Of a stretch of DNA of 64,000 nucleotides, positions 54,360 to 63,644 are shown one piece after another. The position numbers and the translations under genes were made by a program. Source of the DNA: Escherichia phage UE-S1; the sequence record ON568341.1. The stretch is one strand, 5' to 3'. Each line of letters begins with the position of its first letter. The first letter of the stretch is position 1. Below the pieces are notes generated by a model. It ran no database searches. It was given only the letters and a program-made list of their open reading frames with translations, and was not told where the DNA came from.

Positions 54360-54908
54360 ATGAGTTTATTAGATACATTAGAAAAAGACAGAAGTGCAAT
54401 TAAGCGTTTAAAAGAGCAAGTACAAAAGATTGTATACAACGTTGATAAGTTTGAGGTTCCCGGAAGATTTGGTGATATTTCCCATACGGAGATCAAATCC
54501 CTGAAGTCAGATTTGTTGATTAAAAATAAAAATGAGTTGATTTTAGTTTTGAGTTCAGATATGATGGGGGCAAGATATGGTTTTAATTCAATATCAGTAC
54601 ATCCTAAGAGTGAAGGGTTATATCTATCACAGGGTTTCAATAGCAACGAGCAGAAGTGTTTTTGTGATGCCGTGCATGATCCTATGAAGTTCAGGAGAAG
54701 TGAAGCCCAAGCGTTATTAGAGCTATCAGACGAAAGTTTGTTTCAGTACAGTACAATATACGACAATGACAAGCTTCGTTGTATGTACGCAGTGAAGCAT
54801 TATGCACATGAGTTCTCTGGATTTGAATACCTTTTAGTCAGAACCAATACAATGTATCTTGATATGTTAGAAGAATACATCGATAAAGTTGTCAATGAGT
54901 ATTACTAA
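54360..54908 (+). CDS. FQxSLVxD-family protein
   Basis: AAGGAAG SD; motif DESLFQYSTIYDNDKL. Confidence 0.55.
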   Translation: MSLLDTLEKDRSAIKRLKEQVQKIVYNVDKFEVPGRFGDISHTEIKSLKSDLLIKNKNELILVLSSDMMGARYGFNSISVHPKSEGLYLSQGFNSNEQKCFCDAVHDPMKFRRSEAQALLELSDESLFQYSTIYDNDKLRCMYAVKHYAHEFSGFEYLLVRTNTMYLDMLEEYIDKVVNEYY

Positions 54909-55069
54909 TGAAAGAGTTATTTGAAGATCAGTTCAATACCTATGTGGATAATATTCTTTATTCCAGTCGTGACAGTCAACGAGGGAATCGTGCTTACAAT
55001 ATTGATTACCTATTAGTGGTACTGAGTTCACAGTACACACACGCTGTACAGAGGATGTATTATGAATAG
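54908..55069 (+). CDS. small hypothetical protein (53 aa)
   Basis: TAATG coupling; under ORF-track cutoff. Confidence 0.3.
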   Translation: MKELFEDQFNTYVDNILYSSRDSQRGNRAYNIDYLLVVLSSQYTHAVQRMYYE

Positions 55070-55265
55070 TTATCACGATATTGCAAAGGAGAAGTTGGAG
55101 TGCAGTTTAGATTACGGTTTAAATGATTTTCTTACATGCACAATGTACAGGAATGATGATTATGAGCAATCCGTAATTTCGTTGCACAGATATTTCGAAA
55201 TAATTTACGCAAGATATCTTAGAAGGTTAGAGGGAATAGGGGATTGGAATTATGATTACGTTTGA
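55062..55265 (+). CDS. hypothetical protein (67 aa)
   Basis: ORF with GAGGA SD-like. Confidence 0.4.
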   Translation: MNSYHDIAKEKLECSLDYGLNDFLTCTMYRNDDYEQSVISLHRYFEIIYARYLRRLEGIGDWNYDYV

Positions 55266-55497
55266 AGAGCCGGAAACAATGAGTCCATATACGATGAAAG
55301 GTTTTGAATTCATGATGGATTCGATTTTGAAGAGTTCGTGTTTAGTACACAATCCTGGATGTGCTACAGTGAGGGAATATCAGGACAATGCATTGCATCG
55401 TGTAATGAATATGTACAGGAATACGAGCCGTAAGCTTTGTGCGATTAAAAGGATTAAAGAAATCAAGGCTTCTAAGATGAATAAAATCAATCCGTGA
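55252..55497 (+). CDS. hypothetical protein (81 aa)
   Basis: ORF overlapping previous stop. Confidence 0.4.
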   Translation: MITFEEPETMSPYTMKGFEFMMDSILKSSCLVHNPGCATVREYQDNALHRVMNMYRNTSRKLCAIKRIKEIKASKMNKINP

Positions 55498-55542
55498 GAT
55501 TTTTGAAATCTTCGTATTCATATATCATAAGGTTTAATAAAA

Positions 55543-56271
55543 ATGAAATATAAAGAATTTTGTATAAAAACATGGATGTACACTGGTGAATTGCTTACGT
55601 GTTGTAATTTGTACAAGCGTGATGTAAACTTCACAAAGGACAAAGTTATCAAGTATGAAAATTCTCAATTTTATTTGATGGATTTTAGTACTGGGTTTCA
55701 TGGTAAATCAACCGAGATGCTGGATTATACATTAATGGATGAGGCGGCACTATTTCAAGAATCATTAGTATTTGATAAGAAGTACATCTGTACATTAGAA
55801 GAGATGATTGAAATTCAGAATAAAATTAAATGTGTTCACAGGGAATGTATTGATAAATGGTGTAAAACTGGTGAAACTGATTTTAGTAATCATTTTAATC
55901 TAGGAGAAAGAGTGATGGAATTTGATTTTTTAATATCAGTGCATACATTCAAGAATACACATCAGTACTTTTGTAATTTAAACAAAGGTGATTTAATGCA
56001 CAGTGCGAATGAGTATATTCATTTTATGGATGGTAAATTCACATTCATTGATTACAGTTCATTACAATATCCACATCAAGATATGCCGGACTATACAATA
56101 ATGAATGAGGCTGAACTATTTCAAGCTTCATTAGTATTTGACAAGAAGTACATCTGTACATTTGAAGAAGTAATTACTATACAAAATGAAATGAAGGAGT
56201 ATGCATCTTTGAATAAACCCAATGAAGGTATTAATCAAGAATACAAATTCAATATAGAGATTCCAAAATGA
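55543..56271 (+). CDS. FQxSLVxD-family protein with internally duplicated domain (242 aa)
   Basis: Two copies: TLMDEAALFQESLVFDKKYICTLEEMIEIQNKIK and TIMNEAELFQASLVFDKKYICTFEEVITIQNEMK. Confidence 0.6.
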   Translation: MKYKEFCIKTWMYTGELLTCCNLYKRDVNFTKDKVIKYENSQFYLMDFSTGFHGKSTEMLDYTLMDEAALFQESLVFDKKYICTLEEMIEIQNKIKCVHRECIDKWCKTGETDFSNHFNLGERVMEFDFLISVHTFKNTHQYFCNLNKGDLMHSANEYIHFMDGKFTFIDYSSLQYPHQDMPDYTIMNEAELFQASLVFDKKYICTFEEVITIQNEMKEYASLNKPNEGINQEYKFNIEIPK

Positions 56272-56627
56272 CATATGATTACTCTATGTACTATTATAAG
56301 TTACCTAAAGGATGGGACTTGTGCTGTAATCTTATTAAGGGAGACTCGGAACATGAGTTGAATTTATATATGCACTACAAAGATTCTTGTTTTAAATTTA
56401 TTCATGTATCACATGATGACTATGACTATGAATCTGAGAGTCTTATAGATTATACAGTACTGGACGATGGCGAACTATTTCAGGAAGCATTAGTGTTTGA
56501 TAAGAATAAGTACTCCTGTACATTTGAAGAAATGGTTTCTTTGCAAACTGAAATGAAGAGATTTGAAAAAGAAAACGTATTTAATCCATCCCCATCAAGA
56601 ACGAATAATTATTATTTCAATATATGA
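56268..56627 (+). CDS. FQxSLVxD-family protein
   Basis: ATGA overlap; motif DGELFQEALVFDKNKYSCTFEE. Confidence 0.55.
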   Translation: MTYDYSMYYYKLPKGWDLCCNLIKGDSEHELNLYMHYKDSCFKFIHVSHDDYDYESESLIDYTVLDDGELFQEALVFDKNKYSCTFEEMVSLQTEMKRFEKENVFNPSPSRTNNYYFNI

Positions 56628-56636
56628 GATTATAAA

Positions 56637-57110
56637 ATGACATTACAGAGTTCATTGGAAAAAGCAAAGAAGATCCATGAGTACATGAATATGGCAAAAG
56701 AAGGTTCAGTTTACGGTGTTTTCAAAGACACAAGTACTCAATATTATGTGCCGGATAACCTCCTTTATAATGACTACTCAGATACAGAAACGTGCGTACT
56801 GGATACCGACCCTAAAGATTATGAATGTTTCATTGATATGCATTATGAGTACATGGTCTATATTAATGATGCAGATATTACCATCTACAGTACTGACAGC
56901 GATTCCGATGACATTATAATTCCGAGTGAAGTTCTGGAAGGTCCGTGGGATAGTGAAGAGTATTACTTCCAACAAAGTACTGTGTATGATGAAGAAGTTT
57001 TAGATGTTATTGTAATTATGTGGTATTTTAAAAGTATTGGTTCTGGGAACTTCTATTTCGATTACAAATACGTAAAGAAAACTGTAGATAACGGTATTAA
57101 CAGGGGTTGA
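56637..57110 (+). CDS. FQxSLVxD-family protein (MSLQSxLEKAK subfamily)
   Basis: motif EEYYFQQSTVYDEEVLDVIVIMWYFKSIG. Confidence 0.6.
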   Translation: MTLQSSLEKAKKIHEYMNMAKEGSVYGVFKDTSTQYYVPDNLLYNDYSDTETCVLDTDPKDYECFIDMHYEYMVYINDADITIYSTDSDSDDIIIPSEVLEGPWDSEEYYFQQSTVYDEEVLDVIVIMWYFKSIGSGNFYFDYKYVKKTVDNGINRG

Positions 57111-57111
57111 A

Positions 57112-57582
57112 ATGAGTTTAGAAAGAGCATTAGAGATTGCGAAGTTAATTGATTTATGCAGCAAAGAAATTGTATCAAATTGTCTCAATGGATATCTATT
57201 CAAGGAAGGTAAATCATATTGTCGAATGAGATACGATGACAGTAGTGAGTATATTCACATGTATGAAGAAGACCTTGATGATTCCGAAATAACACTGAAT
57301 GGGTGTGATGTTAATCTGGAAGATAATTACATTTACTTCAGTCGTGGTGCTGATATTTTAATACAAGAAACATCAATTCAACATGTGAATCCAGATGTAT
57401 ATCTTCCATATTCAGTACTGGATAATGACTGGGGAAGTGAAGAGGTTTACTTTCAGCATAATACTATCTATGATGAAGATGTGCTTGACAAGCTTGTCAT
57501 TCTGTGGTACTTTAAGAACACTGATACTCCCAACTTCTATATGGATTTGGATCTACTACGAGTTATAAAAGAGGATATATGA
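57112..57582 (+). CDS. FQxSLVxD-family protein (MSL subfamily)
   Basis: motif EEVYFQHNTIYDEDVLDKLVILWYFKNT. Confidence 0.6.
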   Translation: MSLERALEIAKLIDLCSKEIVSNCLNGYLFKEGKSYCRMRYDDSSEYIHMYEEDLDDSEITLNGCDVNLEDNYIYFSRGADILIQETSIQHVNPDVYLPYSVLDNDWGSEEVYFQHNTIYDEDVLDKLVILWYFKNTDTPNFYMDLDLLRVIKEDI

Positions 57583-58022
57583 GTTTAGCAAGTGCACTTA
57601 AACTGGCACACAAAATACATCACTTCCACGATAACATAAAAAGTGGGTTTTATGGTGATAAAGTACATACATATGGAAATGAATATTATCTATCAGGTGT
57701 GACAAGATACTCTAATGATATTTTACTTATGGGATGTGATAAAGATAACTTCATGCAGTACACGTCATGTAGCTTATACACTAATTTTATTGTATATATG
57801 CCTGGTGCTAATATTACATTTGACACATCAAATACCTCGGTAGATTTTGGAATACTGGATGGGCCGTGGGGGACTGAAGAGTATTACTTCCAACAGAGTT
57901 TTATTTTCAGCCAAGAAATGCTTGATTCCTTGGTTGTTTTGTGGTACTTTAAGGAATTAGATATAGAACCCTTCTTTATGGACTGGGGGGCGTGTGAGTA
58001 TTTAGAGACAGAGGTATATTAA
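57579..58022 (+). CDS. FQxSLVxD-family protein (MSL subfamily)
   Basis: ATGA overlap; motif EEYYFQQSFIFSQEMLDSLVVLWYFKEL. Confidence 0.6.
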   Translation: MSLASALKLAHKIHHFHDNIKSGFYGDKVHTYGNEYYLSGVTRYSNDILLMGCDKDNFMQYTSCSLYTNFIVYMPGANITFDTSNTSVDFGILDGPWGTEEYYFQQSFIFSQEMLDSLVVLWYFKELDIEPFFMDWGACEYLETEVY

Positions 58023-58510
58023 TGTCATTGCAGAGTGCATTAAAAGAGGCAAAGAAGATTCATGAGTACATGATTATGGTACAGGAAGGTTTAGTGCCTG
58101 GTGTATACAAAACATCAGATACGGAATTCTTTGTTCTGGACAGGGATGATTATGATGAGTCCGAGGTACATGCTGAAACATTAGTTCTGCACACTGATAC
58201 TGGTGATAGTGACAACTGTGAATATCATATGTACAATCAATACATTAGTTATTGCCGTAATGAAGATATTACCATCTACAACACAGATATTGATGCTGAT
58301 GACACTATCATTCCATATTCAGTTCTGGAAGGTCCGTGGGATAGTGAAGAGTATTACTTTCAGAATAGTACTATCTACAGTGAAGAAGAACTGGATGTTA
58401 TTGTGATTATGTGGTACTTTAAAAGTATTGACTCCAGTAGTTTCTATTTTGATTATGAATATGTAGAGAATACAGTAGGAGAAGGTAATGTCATTACAAA
58501 GTGCTCTTGA
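58022..58510 (+). CDS. FQxSLVxD-family protein (MSL subfamily)
   Basis: TAATG overlap; motif EEYYFQNSTIYSEEELDVIVIMWYFKSI. Confidence 0.6.
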   Translation: MSLQSALKEAKKIHEYMIMVQEGLVPGVYKTSDTEFFVLDRDDYDESEVHAETLVLHTDTGDSDNCEYHMYNQYISYCRNEDITIYNTDIDADDTIIPYSVLEGPWDSEEYYFQNSTIYSEEELDVIVIMWYFKSIDSSSFYFDYEYVENTVGEGNVITKCS

Positions 58511-58934
58511 AAAAGCAAAAGAACTACATGGATACTTTGAAGATATAAAGGCAGGAAAGTTCAAAGAAGTATACAAAACCGAGAACGGTAACTACTACAA
58601 AGATGAAATATATAATAATTCCGTTGGTGTAAGGGTTATTCTTGGGTTGAATTCCAATAGTCCTGTGTCGTTTTCTGAATACAATAGAGATGCAGAATTC
58701 ATTAGTTATGTTGAAAATGGTAGCATTCGTTTTATTAATAGACAAAAACCATTAATTTTGAATTATGAAGTTCTGGATGGTCAGTGGAATAATGAAGAGT
58801 ATTACTTCCAAAACAGTACTGTATACGACGATGAAGTACTTGAAGCATTAGTTATTATGTGGTACTTCAAGAGTATTAACTGTCCTCGATTTTATTTGGA
58901 TTTCGAAGAACTTGGTAAAGATCCAGAGGTATAG
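58488..58934 (+). CDS. FQxSLVxD-family protein (MSL subfamily)
   Basis: motif EEYYFQNSTVYDDEVLEALVIMWYFKSI. Confidence 0.6.
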   Translation: MSLQSALEKAKELHGYFEDIKAGKFKEVYKTENGNYYKDEIYNNSVGVRVILGLNSNSPVSFSEYNRDAEFISYVENGSIRFINRQKPLILNYEVLDGQWNNEEYYFQNSTVYDDEVLEALVIMWYFKSINCPRFYLDFEELGKDPEV

Positions 58935-58935
58935 A

Positions 58936-59250
58936 ATGAAAAACTTATTCAGTGTTCAGTACGTTCCAGGTGAAATTAGTTTATTGTATCTCTTTGACCA
59001 TGATAATTCATTATTACTAGTAGTGAAGAAATGCCAAGCTAGTTCGTTTGTTGAATACATTCACGATAATGAATATATACCTGATTTTTTAGAGTGTGAT
59101 TATCACGATGAACATGAATCATTTATTTTCCAGGAATCGCTAGTATGGGATAAGTCGATTAACTTTTTTACGTTAATTGAATTACAAAAGCAGGTGAAAT
59201 ATCATTGGGATTACTTAATTACCCAAGACTACATAGAGATAGAAATATAA
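58936..59250 (+). CDS. FQxSLVxD-family protein
   Basis: ATG 58936; motif SFIFQESLVWDKSINFF. Confidence 0.5.
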   Translation: MKNLFSVQYVPGEISLLYLFDHDNSLLLVVKKCQASSFVEYIHDNEYIPDFLECDYHDEHESFIFQESLVWDKSINFFTLIELQKQVKYHWDYLITQDYIEIEI

Positions 59251-59558
59251 TGACTAAAAATGAATTTGATTCACTTTGTACGGTTTATAATTCATTGACA
59301 GCAATACCTGACTTTATTAATTATATTTCAGCTTTAAATCACATTATGCATAGTTTTGAACAATCATTTGAAGAGAAATATGCTGGAAGAAAAGTTCTAT
59401 GTCATATGACAATGTACTTAGGAGATGGTGAGCCTTACACTACAAGTACTACATGTGAAATAAAAAAATATAATATATTATTGGGAACTATAGAATTCAC
59501 AGTATCCAATGGCGGTAGTTATATGTACTTTAGAGATGGAGTGGTTGAATTATTATGA
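59250..59558 (+). CDS. hypothetical protein (102 aa)
   Basis: TAATG coupling; no family motif. Confidence 0.45.
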   Translation: MTKNEFDSLCTVYNSLTAIPDFINYISALNHIMHSFEQSFEEKYAGRKVLCHMTMYLGDGEPYTTSTTCEIKKYNILLGTIEFTVSNGGSYMYFRDGVVELL

Positions 59559-60004
59559 GTTACGAAAGTGCAATCAAGAAAGCAAATGATATTCTACGCG
59601 TCGTTCAATTCTTCAAAGAAAATCCTGAATACGTAGATGATAAAAACCAAGAGAACGATGAGAGATTGAGACGAAAAATTATCTCTTTATTTGACACTAA
59701 TAAAGATAATTGGAGTCTATGTGAGTTAGCATACGATTATATTTCATTGAACCGAAATGATGATGTAGTTAAGATAGAAAGGCATGAATCAGAAGAATCT
59801 TTTAAAATTTCAGATATTTTATCCCTGAGTACTGAAGAAGGGTACTTCCAGGGTAGCACTCTTTATAATGAAGAAACACTTGACAATCTATGCACATTCA
59901 GTGTAATATATCAGAAATCTGTACTAGATATATTTTATCTTGACACTGCTGAACTGCATACCCTAACCAATTTTGTTACTACCGAAGAGGCTACATTCGA
60001 GTGA
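59555..60004 (+). CDS. FQxSLVxD-family protein
   Basis: ATGA overlap; N-term MSYESAIKKAN; motif EEGYFQGSTLYNEETLDNL. Confidence 0.55.
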   Translation: MSYESAIKKANDILRVVQFFKENPEYVDDKNQENDERLRRKIISLFDTNKDNWSLCELAYDYISLNRNDDVVKIERHESEESFKISDILSLSTEEGYFQGSTLYNEETLDNLCTFSVIYQKSVLDIFYLDTAELHTLTNFVTTEEATFE

Positions 60005-60537
60005 TGAAAGTTAACATTAATGACTTTGATGCATTACAAGATTTATCAAAAAAGATTCGCACCATCGTACCAGTACTTAAAAAATGCAGTACTGGTTTAA
60101 TCGATCCTAGTACTGTTGTTAATGAGAAGTACAATTTTCATCGTGTATTACAGGGGACAGGTGCATTTCAGAAGTGTGAGGTACGTGAGAAACATGTAAT
60201 TGATACATCGTTGTTTTCTATTGGTGCACCTGTGTCAAACAATACTATTTTCCTGGATGCCTCTGGAAATATTCAACAATTAACATTTAAGAAAAGGAAA
60301 AAGAATAATAACATTGGTGTGTACGCGATGAAGTGGGGACAGCCAGCGTTGATGCGTGACATTCACATTCCTAAGTACAATTTCAATGCATTTGAAGAAC
60401 AGTGTTTTCAACTTTCTTGTACTGACCCTGACTATGCTATCATTCAATTCTATATGGAATTGCAGATTGCATTTAATAGTAATTTGTATATTAACTTATT
60501 GGCAATGAACATAGATGAAGTATTCAAAAACATTTAA
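60001..60537 (+). CDS. FQxSLVxD-like protein (divergent)
   Basis: ATGA overlap; motif EEQCFQLSCTDPDYA. Confidence 0.5.
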   Translation: MMKVNINDFDALQDLSKKIRTIVPVLKKCSTGLIDPSTVVNEKYNFHRVLQGTGAFQKCEVREKHVIDTSLFSIGAPVSNNTIFLDASGNIQQLTFKKRKKNNNIGVYAMKWGQPALMRDIHIPKYNFNAFEEQCFQLSCTDPDYAIIQFYMELQIAFNSNLYINLLAMNIDEVFKNI

Positions 60538-60733
60538 TCGAATTGAATACATGAGAACTGTGAGAGCGGTGTGGAATATATGGTACACTACTAAACCAAA
60601 AATGGATTACCATGATTTTAAGCTCTTGTTCTTTGTTGGCTCTAACAAACAGGATGTTGCAATGAAGGGTTATATTCAGCACTTACAGGAACTAATCCAG
60701 AAGAGAATATATGAAAATAATAGACCAAAATGA
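60515..60733 (+). CDS. LGTNYQE-like small protein
   Basis: motif FVGSNKQDVAMKGYIQHL. Confidence 0.5.
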   Translation: MKYSKTFNRIEYMRTVRAVWNIWYTTKPKMDYHDFKLLFFVGSNKQDVAMKGYIQHLQELIQKRIYENNRPK

Positions 60734-60902
60734 CATTGCTAAACTATTCAATATATATTCTACTAGAATGATGCAAACAGATTCATATAGTACTAAATTC
60801 AAAGAGTTGAAAGTACTGATGTACTTGGGAACACAATATCAGGAACAAGTTATTTTAGAATATATTAATTCATTAAAGAAGGATATCCGTGATGTACGAT
60901 GA
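60711..60902 (+). CDS. LGTNYQE-family small protein
   Basis: motif LGTQYQEQVILEYINSL. Confidence 0.55.
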   Translation: MKIIDQNDIAKLFNIYSTRMMQTDSYSTKFKELKVLMYLGTQYQEQVILEYINSLKKDIRDVR

Positions 60903-61452
60903 TTTAGATCTTGCGTTTGAACGCATGAAAATTTTAATGCAATGCAATGAAATGCATGAGACAATCCGTCGCACCAAAGGGATTGAATATACAAGTAAAC
61001 TATTCTCATACGAAAGTCGTCGAGGGATGGATCATTTTTACTGCACTGATTGTTCAAAGTTTTCAGTACTGAAATATTATCATCCTACTGTTTCCAATAA
61101 TAGTTTAATATCCACATATGACGGTGATCTGTTTAGTGTAATGTATGACACATTACATCCATCAATTTCAATATATAAAGATTGCGATAGTAGTCTATCG
61201 TATATAATTGAAGATTACTTATCTCCTAATACTGAAGAGAATATATTTCAAAACAGTGTATTGCATGATGAATTAAGTATAAAATGCATCTATATGTTCA
61301 ATAAGTTAAAAGAATACGTTGATAATAATTACTTAATTGATGAGTTAGCTGTGTTTTCGGTTTCAGTTTTCAATACAAATGATGTTGATATGAAATACTA
61401 TAATGAAATTTGTAAAGTACATAACATGTATAAGGAACTCTTATGCTACTAA
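60889..61452 (+). CDS. FQxSLVxD-family protein
   Basis: motif EENIFQNSVLHDELSIKCIYMF. Confidence 0.55.
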   Translation: MMYDDLDLAFERMKILMQCNEMHETIRRTKGIEYTSKLFSYESRRGMDHFYCTDCSKFSVLKYYHPTVSNNSLISTYDGDLFSVMYDTLHPSISIYKDCDSSLSYIIEDYLSPNTEENIFQNSVLHDELSIKCIYMFNKLKEYVDNNYLIDELAVFSVSVFNTNDVDMKYYNEICKVHNMYKELLCY

Positions 61453-62045
61453 ATGCCAATAAATGTTGTAGTGCAGATGTGCATTTGTTTTTTAAGAAAT
61501 TGGCAAATGATATTATATATATGCAGGAAATGATTTACCACAAACGAACAGATTTAGAAAAAGCATTAGTACAGTTCTCCTTTATGCTTGATGGTGATAT
61601 ATTTCTACATGGTGATACATTGCGAACAGTACTGGACGGAAATTCAAATAGAAGTTTCATTTGTACAAATAATAAATTTTCTTCCACGATGTGCCGTACT
61701 TTTTATAATCCTGATTCGGACTTATATCAAGTGTCGTATTCTAAAGGTGCAGTTGAATCATCATATTGTGATAGTTCAGCTTTAGGTAAAAGTCGTCCAT
61801 ATATGCAATCATTTGAAATTGAACTCATCAGTACTGATGAAGATGCAATGTTCACAAATGATATAACGATGGATCGTGAATCGGCAATGATATATATTAC
61901 AAATTCTATGCATACATTCTTTCAACGATTAGAATTTGATAATGTATATATATCAAATGTAAATATTTTCAATGATCTGTGTCAGTACTTGAAAAGTGTT
62001 TGTGATTTTGATGAAAGCTATTGTAAGCTTTATACTGAGGTATAA
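61443..62045 (+). CDS. hypothetical protein (200 aa), possibly divergent family member
   Basis: Degenerate motif DEDAMFTNDITMD. Confidence 0.45.
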   Translation: MLLNANKCCSADVHLFFKKLANDIIYMQEMIYHKRTDLEKALVQFSFMLDGDIFLHGDTLRTVLDGNSNRSFICTNNKFSSTMCRTFYNPDSDLYQVSYSKGAVESSYCDSSALGKSRPYMQSFEIELISTDEDAMFTNDITMDRESAMIYITNSMHTFFQRLEFDNVYISNVNIFNDLCQYLKSVCDFDESYCKLYTEV

Positions 62046-62050
62046 AACAA

Positions 62051-62413
62051 ATGAACACATTAAGTATTACATACTATACAACTAAAAAATTAATTACTTG
62101 TTTAATATCATTGAAGTCAAAAAATGATGATATGTTTGATATGGCTGCATATGAATTAGAATTATCAGAAGATGGTTTCAAGATCTATGAAGTATATAGC
62201 TATGTTCGTGAAGATGTAATTGACACTACACTAATGCAAGAGGATGAGTTATTCCAAGAAAGTTTAGTATGGGATAATAAGTACGATTGTAACTTTGATT
62301 TCTTATGTTTAATCCAAAAAGAAATGAAAAGAATCTTTGATAATTATCCAATCAAACGTTTCAGTACTGCACCTGAGCAATATAAAAGGATTATATTCAC
62401 CTATGAAGATTGA
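62051..62413 (+). CDS. FQxSLVxD-family protein
   Basis: motif EDELFQESLVWDNKYDCNFDF. Confidence 0.55.
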   Translation: MNTLSITYYTTKKLITCLISLKSKNDDMFDMAAYELELSEDGFKIYEVYSYVREDVIDTTLMQEDELFQESLVWDNKYDCNFDFLCLIQKEMKRIFDNYPIKRFSTAPEQYKRIIFTYED

Positions 62414-62780
62414 ATTTGAAGTTATTACATATAGTATAGGTGATGGTATCCGTTGCTACGTACAAGCAAGGCATATTGTTCCTGATGATAAACTGTCACC
62501 CAAAAGTTTCCTTATTACACAAGAACTCTTAGATATTAACAGAGAGAACAAGTATACATATTATCTCACTAAGGGTTATTGTGGTTCGCGTGGATTTAAT
62601 ATTGTAGCTGTTTCTAGAGATGAAATTGATGATTTAACTGAGTACGGTGAAGAAGAGATGTTCCAGTACAGTACTGTTTTTAATGAACTGGATGTGTTTC
62701 TGTTACGAAAAATACAACACATTATGAAAGAATGTTTGCATCATAAGAGAGGTATTGTATGCGACGTGAATCTGAATTAG
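62403..62780 (+). CDS. FQxSLVxD-family protein
   Basis: ATG 62403; motif EEEMFQYSTVFNELDVF. Confidence 0.55.
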   Translation: MKIEFEVITYSIGDGIRCYVQARHIVPDDKLSPKSFLITQELLDINRENKYTYYLTKGYCGSRGFNIVAVSRDEIDDLTEYGEEEMFQYSTVFNELDVFLLRKIQHIMKECLHHKRGIVCDVNLN

Positions 62781-63100
62781 TTAAAGTAATGTACGCTACT
62801 CATATTAAACTACTACTTGTGAAATTTGATTATAATATAAAACATAATAATTTCTATACGTTGATTCGTGATGAAAATTCATTCTCATTGCGATGCAACA
62901 ATATACAGTGGACGATAAGTGATTTTACTTCACTTGACGAGGGTGAATTATTTCAAGAATCATTAGTTTTTAATAGTAATATAAAAGTTGATATAGAAGC
63001 AATTAAACAGTATCAAATATTATTAAACAAAATTATGGATTGTTATCCATGTGAAATAGGTGGTCATATGCAGTTCAAATCAAAAATGTACGAGTTATGA
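62759..63100 (+). CDS. FQxSLVxD-family protein
   Basis: motif EGELFQESLVFNSNIKV. Confidence 0.55.
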   Translation: MRRESELVKVMYATHIKLLLVKFDYNIKHNNFYTLIRDENSFSLRCNNIQWTISDFTSLDEGELFQESLVFNSNIKVDIEAIKQYQILLNKIMDCYPCEIGGHMQFKSKMYEL

Positions 63101-63107
63101 GGTCTTT

Positions 63108-63644
63108 ATGTTAGATAAAAAAATGAACACTGGAACTCTATACAATCATCTTAAGTTGGATACTTTCGAATCAGCTATCAGTACTGCACAAGATATTATC
63201 GATATTATTAAGTACATTAAAGAAAATAAGTTAAAATGTGTGAAAACACCCGAACGTACAATGTATAAAGATGACTGTATTCACGTATCTGTTGTTAATC
63301 CAAAAGATAAGGATGGTAATAGAGATTTCTATAATAACAGTGAGCAGTTCGAATGTGAATATGATCCAGAATTCAGAGGTGGTTTCATGTGTTACAGTAT
63401 GAAGGATACCTCACACATTGAGATACGTTCATCTAAAGGTGGCATACGTACATTAGAGTTCATTGATATAGTTTTAAATCAGGAATACTACTTTCAACTA
63501 TCATTATTGTTTCCTGCATACGATTTAGGAGTTCTATTCATGTATAAGTACTTTCATGAGCACTGGAATGAAGACTTCTATCTGGACTTAGAAGATTACC
63601 AATTAGTTTGGGAAGAAATGGTAGAACTTCGCAACCACTCTTGA
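63108..63644 (+). CDS. FQxSLVxD-family protein
   Basis: ATG 63108; motif QEYYFQLSLLFPAYDLG. Confidence 0.55.
   Translation: MLDKKMNTGTLYNHLKLDTFESAISTAQDIIDIIKYIKENKLKCVKTPERTMYKDDCIHVSVVNPKDKDGNRDFYNNSEQFECEYDPEFRGGFMCYSMKDTSHIEIRSSKGGIRTLEFIDIVLNQEYYFQLSLLFPAYDLGVLFMYKYFHEHWNEDFYLDLEDYQLVWEEMVELRNHS

Noticed and set aside
869-61785. Numerous short ORFs overlapping called genes on the opposite strand or in another frame (e.g. 869..1081, 2620..2850, 3499..3684, 3750..4019, 5417..5617, 9832..10014, 17218..17445, 17865..18059, 19662..19916, 20529..20756, 22019..22207, 23611..23838, 24412..24663, 25750..25965, 26683..26868, 27487..27672, 29747..29956, 30413..30640, 30730..30915, 31180..31522, 33292..33492, 33871..34125, 34906..35106, 35684..35911, 36664..36903, 38962..39330, 40430..40681, 42795..42986, 45238..45471, 48144..48344, 51663..51845, 52056..52274, 52632..52859, 53158..53421, 54338..54646, 56716..57203, 58203..58745, 60839..61057, 61588..61785, 1619..1801)
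   Set aside because: Each overlaps a better-supported gene (family motif, SD, promoter or translational coupling) and lacks its own ribosome-binding site or conservation; typical spurious frames in AT-rich DNA.
47529-63644. Resemblance of the family motif (e.g. EEGYFQG-S at 59555-60004, EEYYFQNS elsewhere) to the TEV/potyviral NIa protease site E-x-x-Y-x-Q-(G/S)
   Set aside because: Only one member matches the consensus exactly. The motif sits inside the conserved core rather than a linker, there is no protease gene, and polyprotein processing does not fit a set of separately initiated ORFs. Most likely a coincidental structural motif.
41872-63644. Possibility that the highly periodic tandem arrays are a CRISPR array or non-coding satellite repeat
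   Set aside because: Units are 200-700 bp, each with an in-frame conserved protein motif and start/stop codons, and there are no short identical direct repeats with unique spacers or cas genes.
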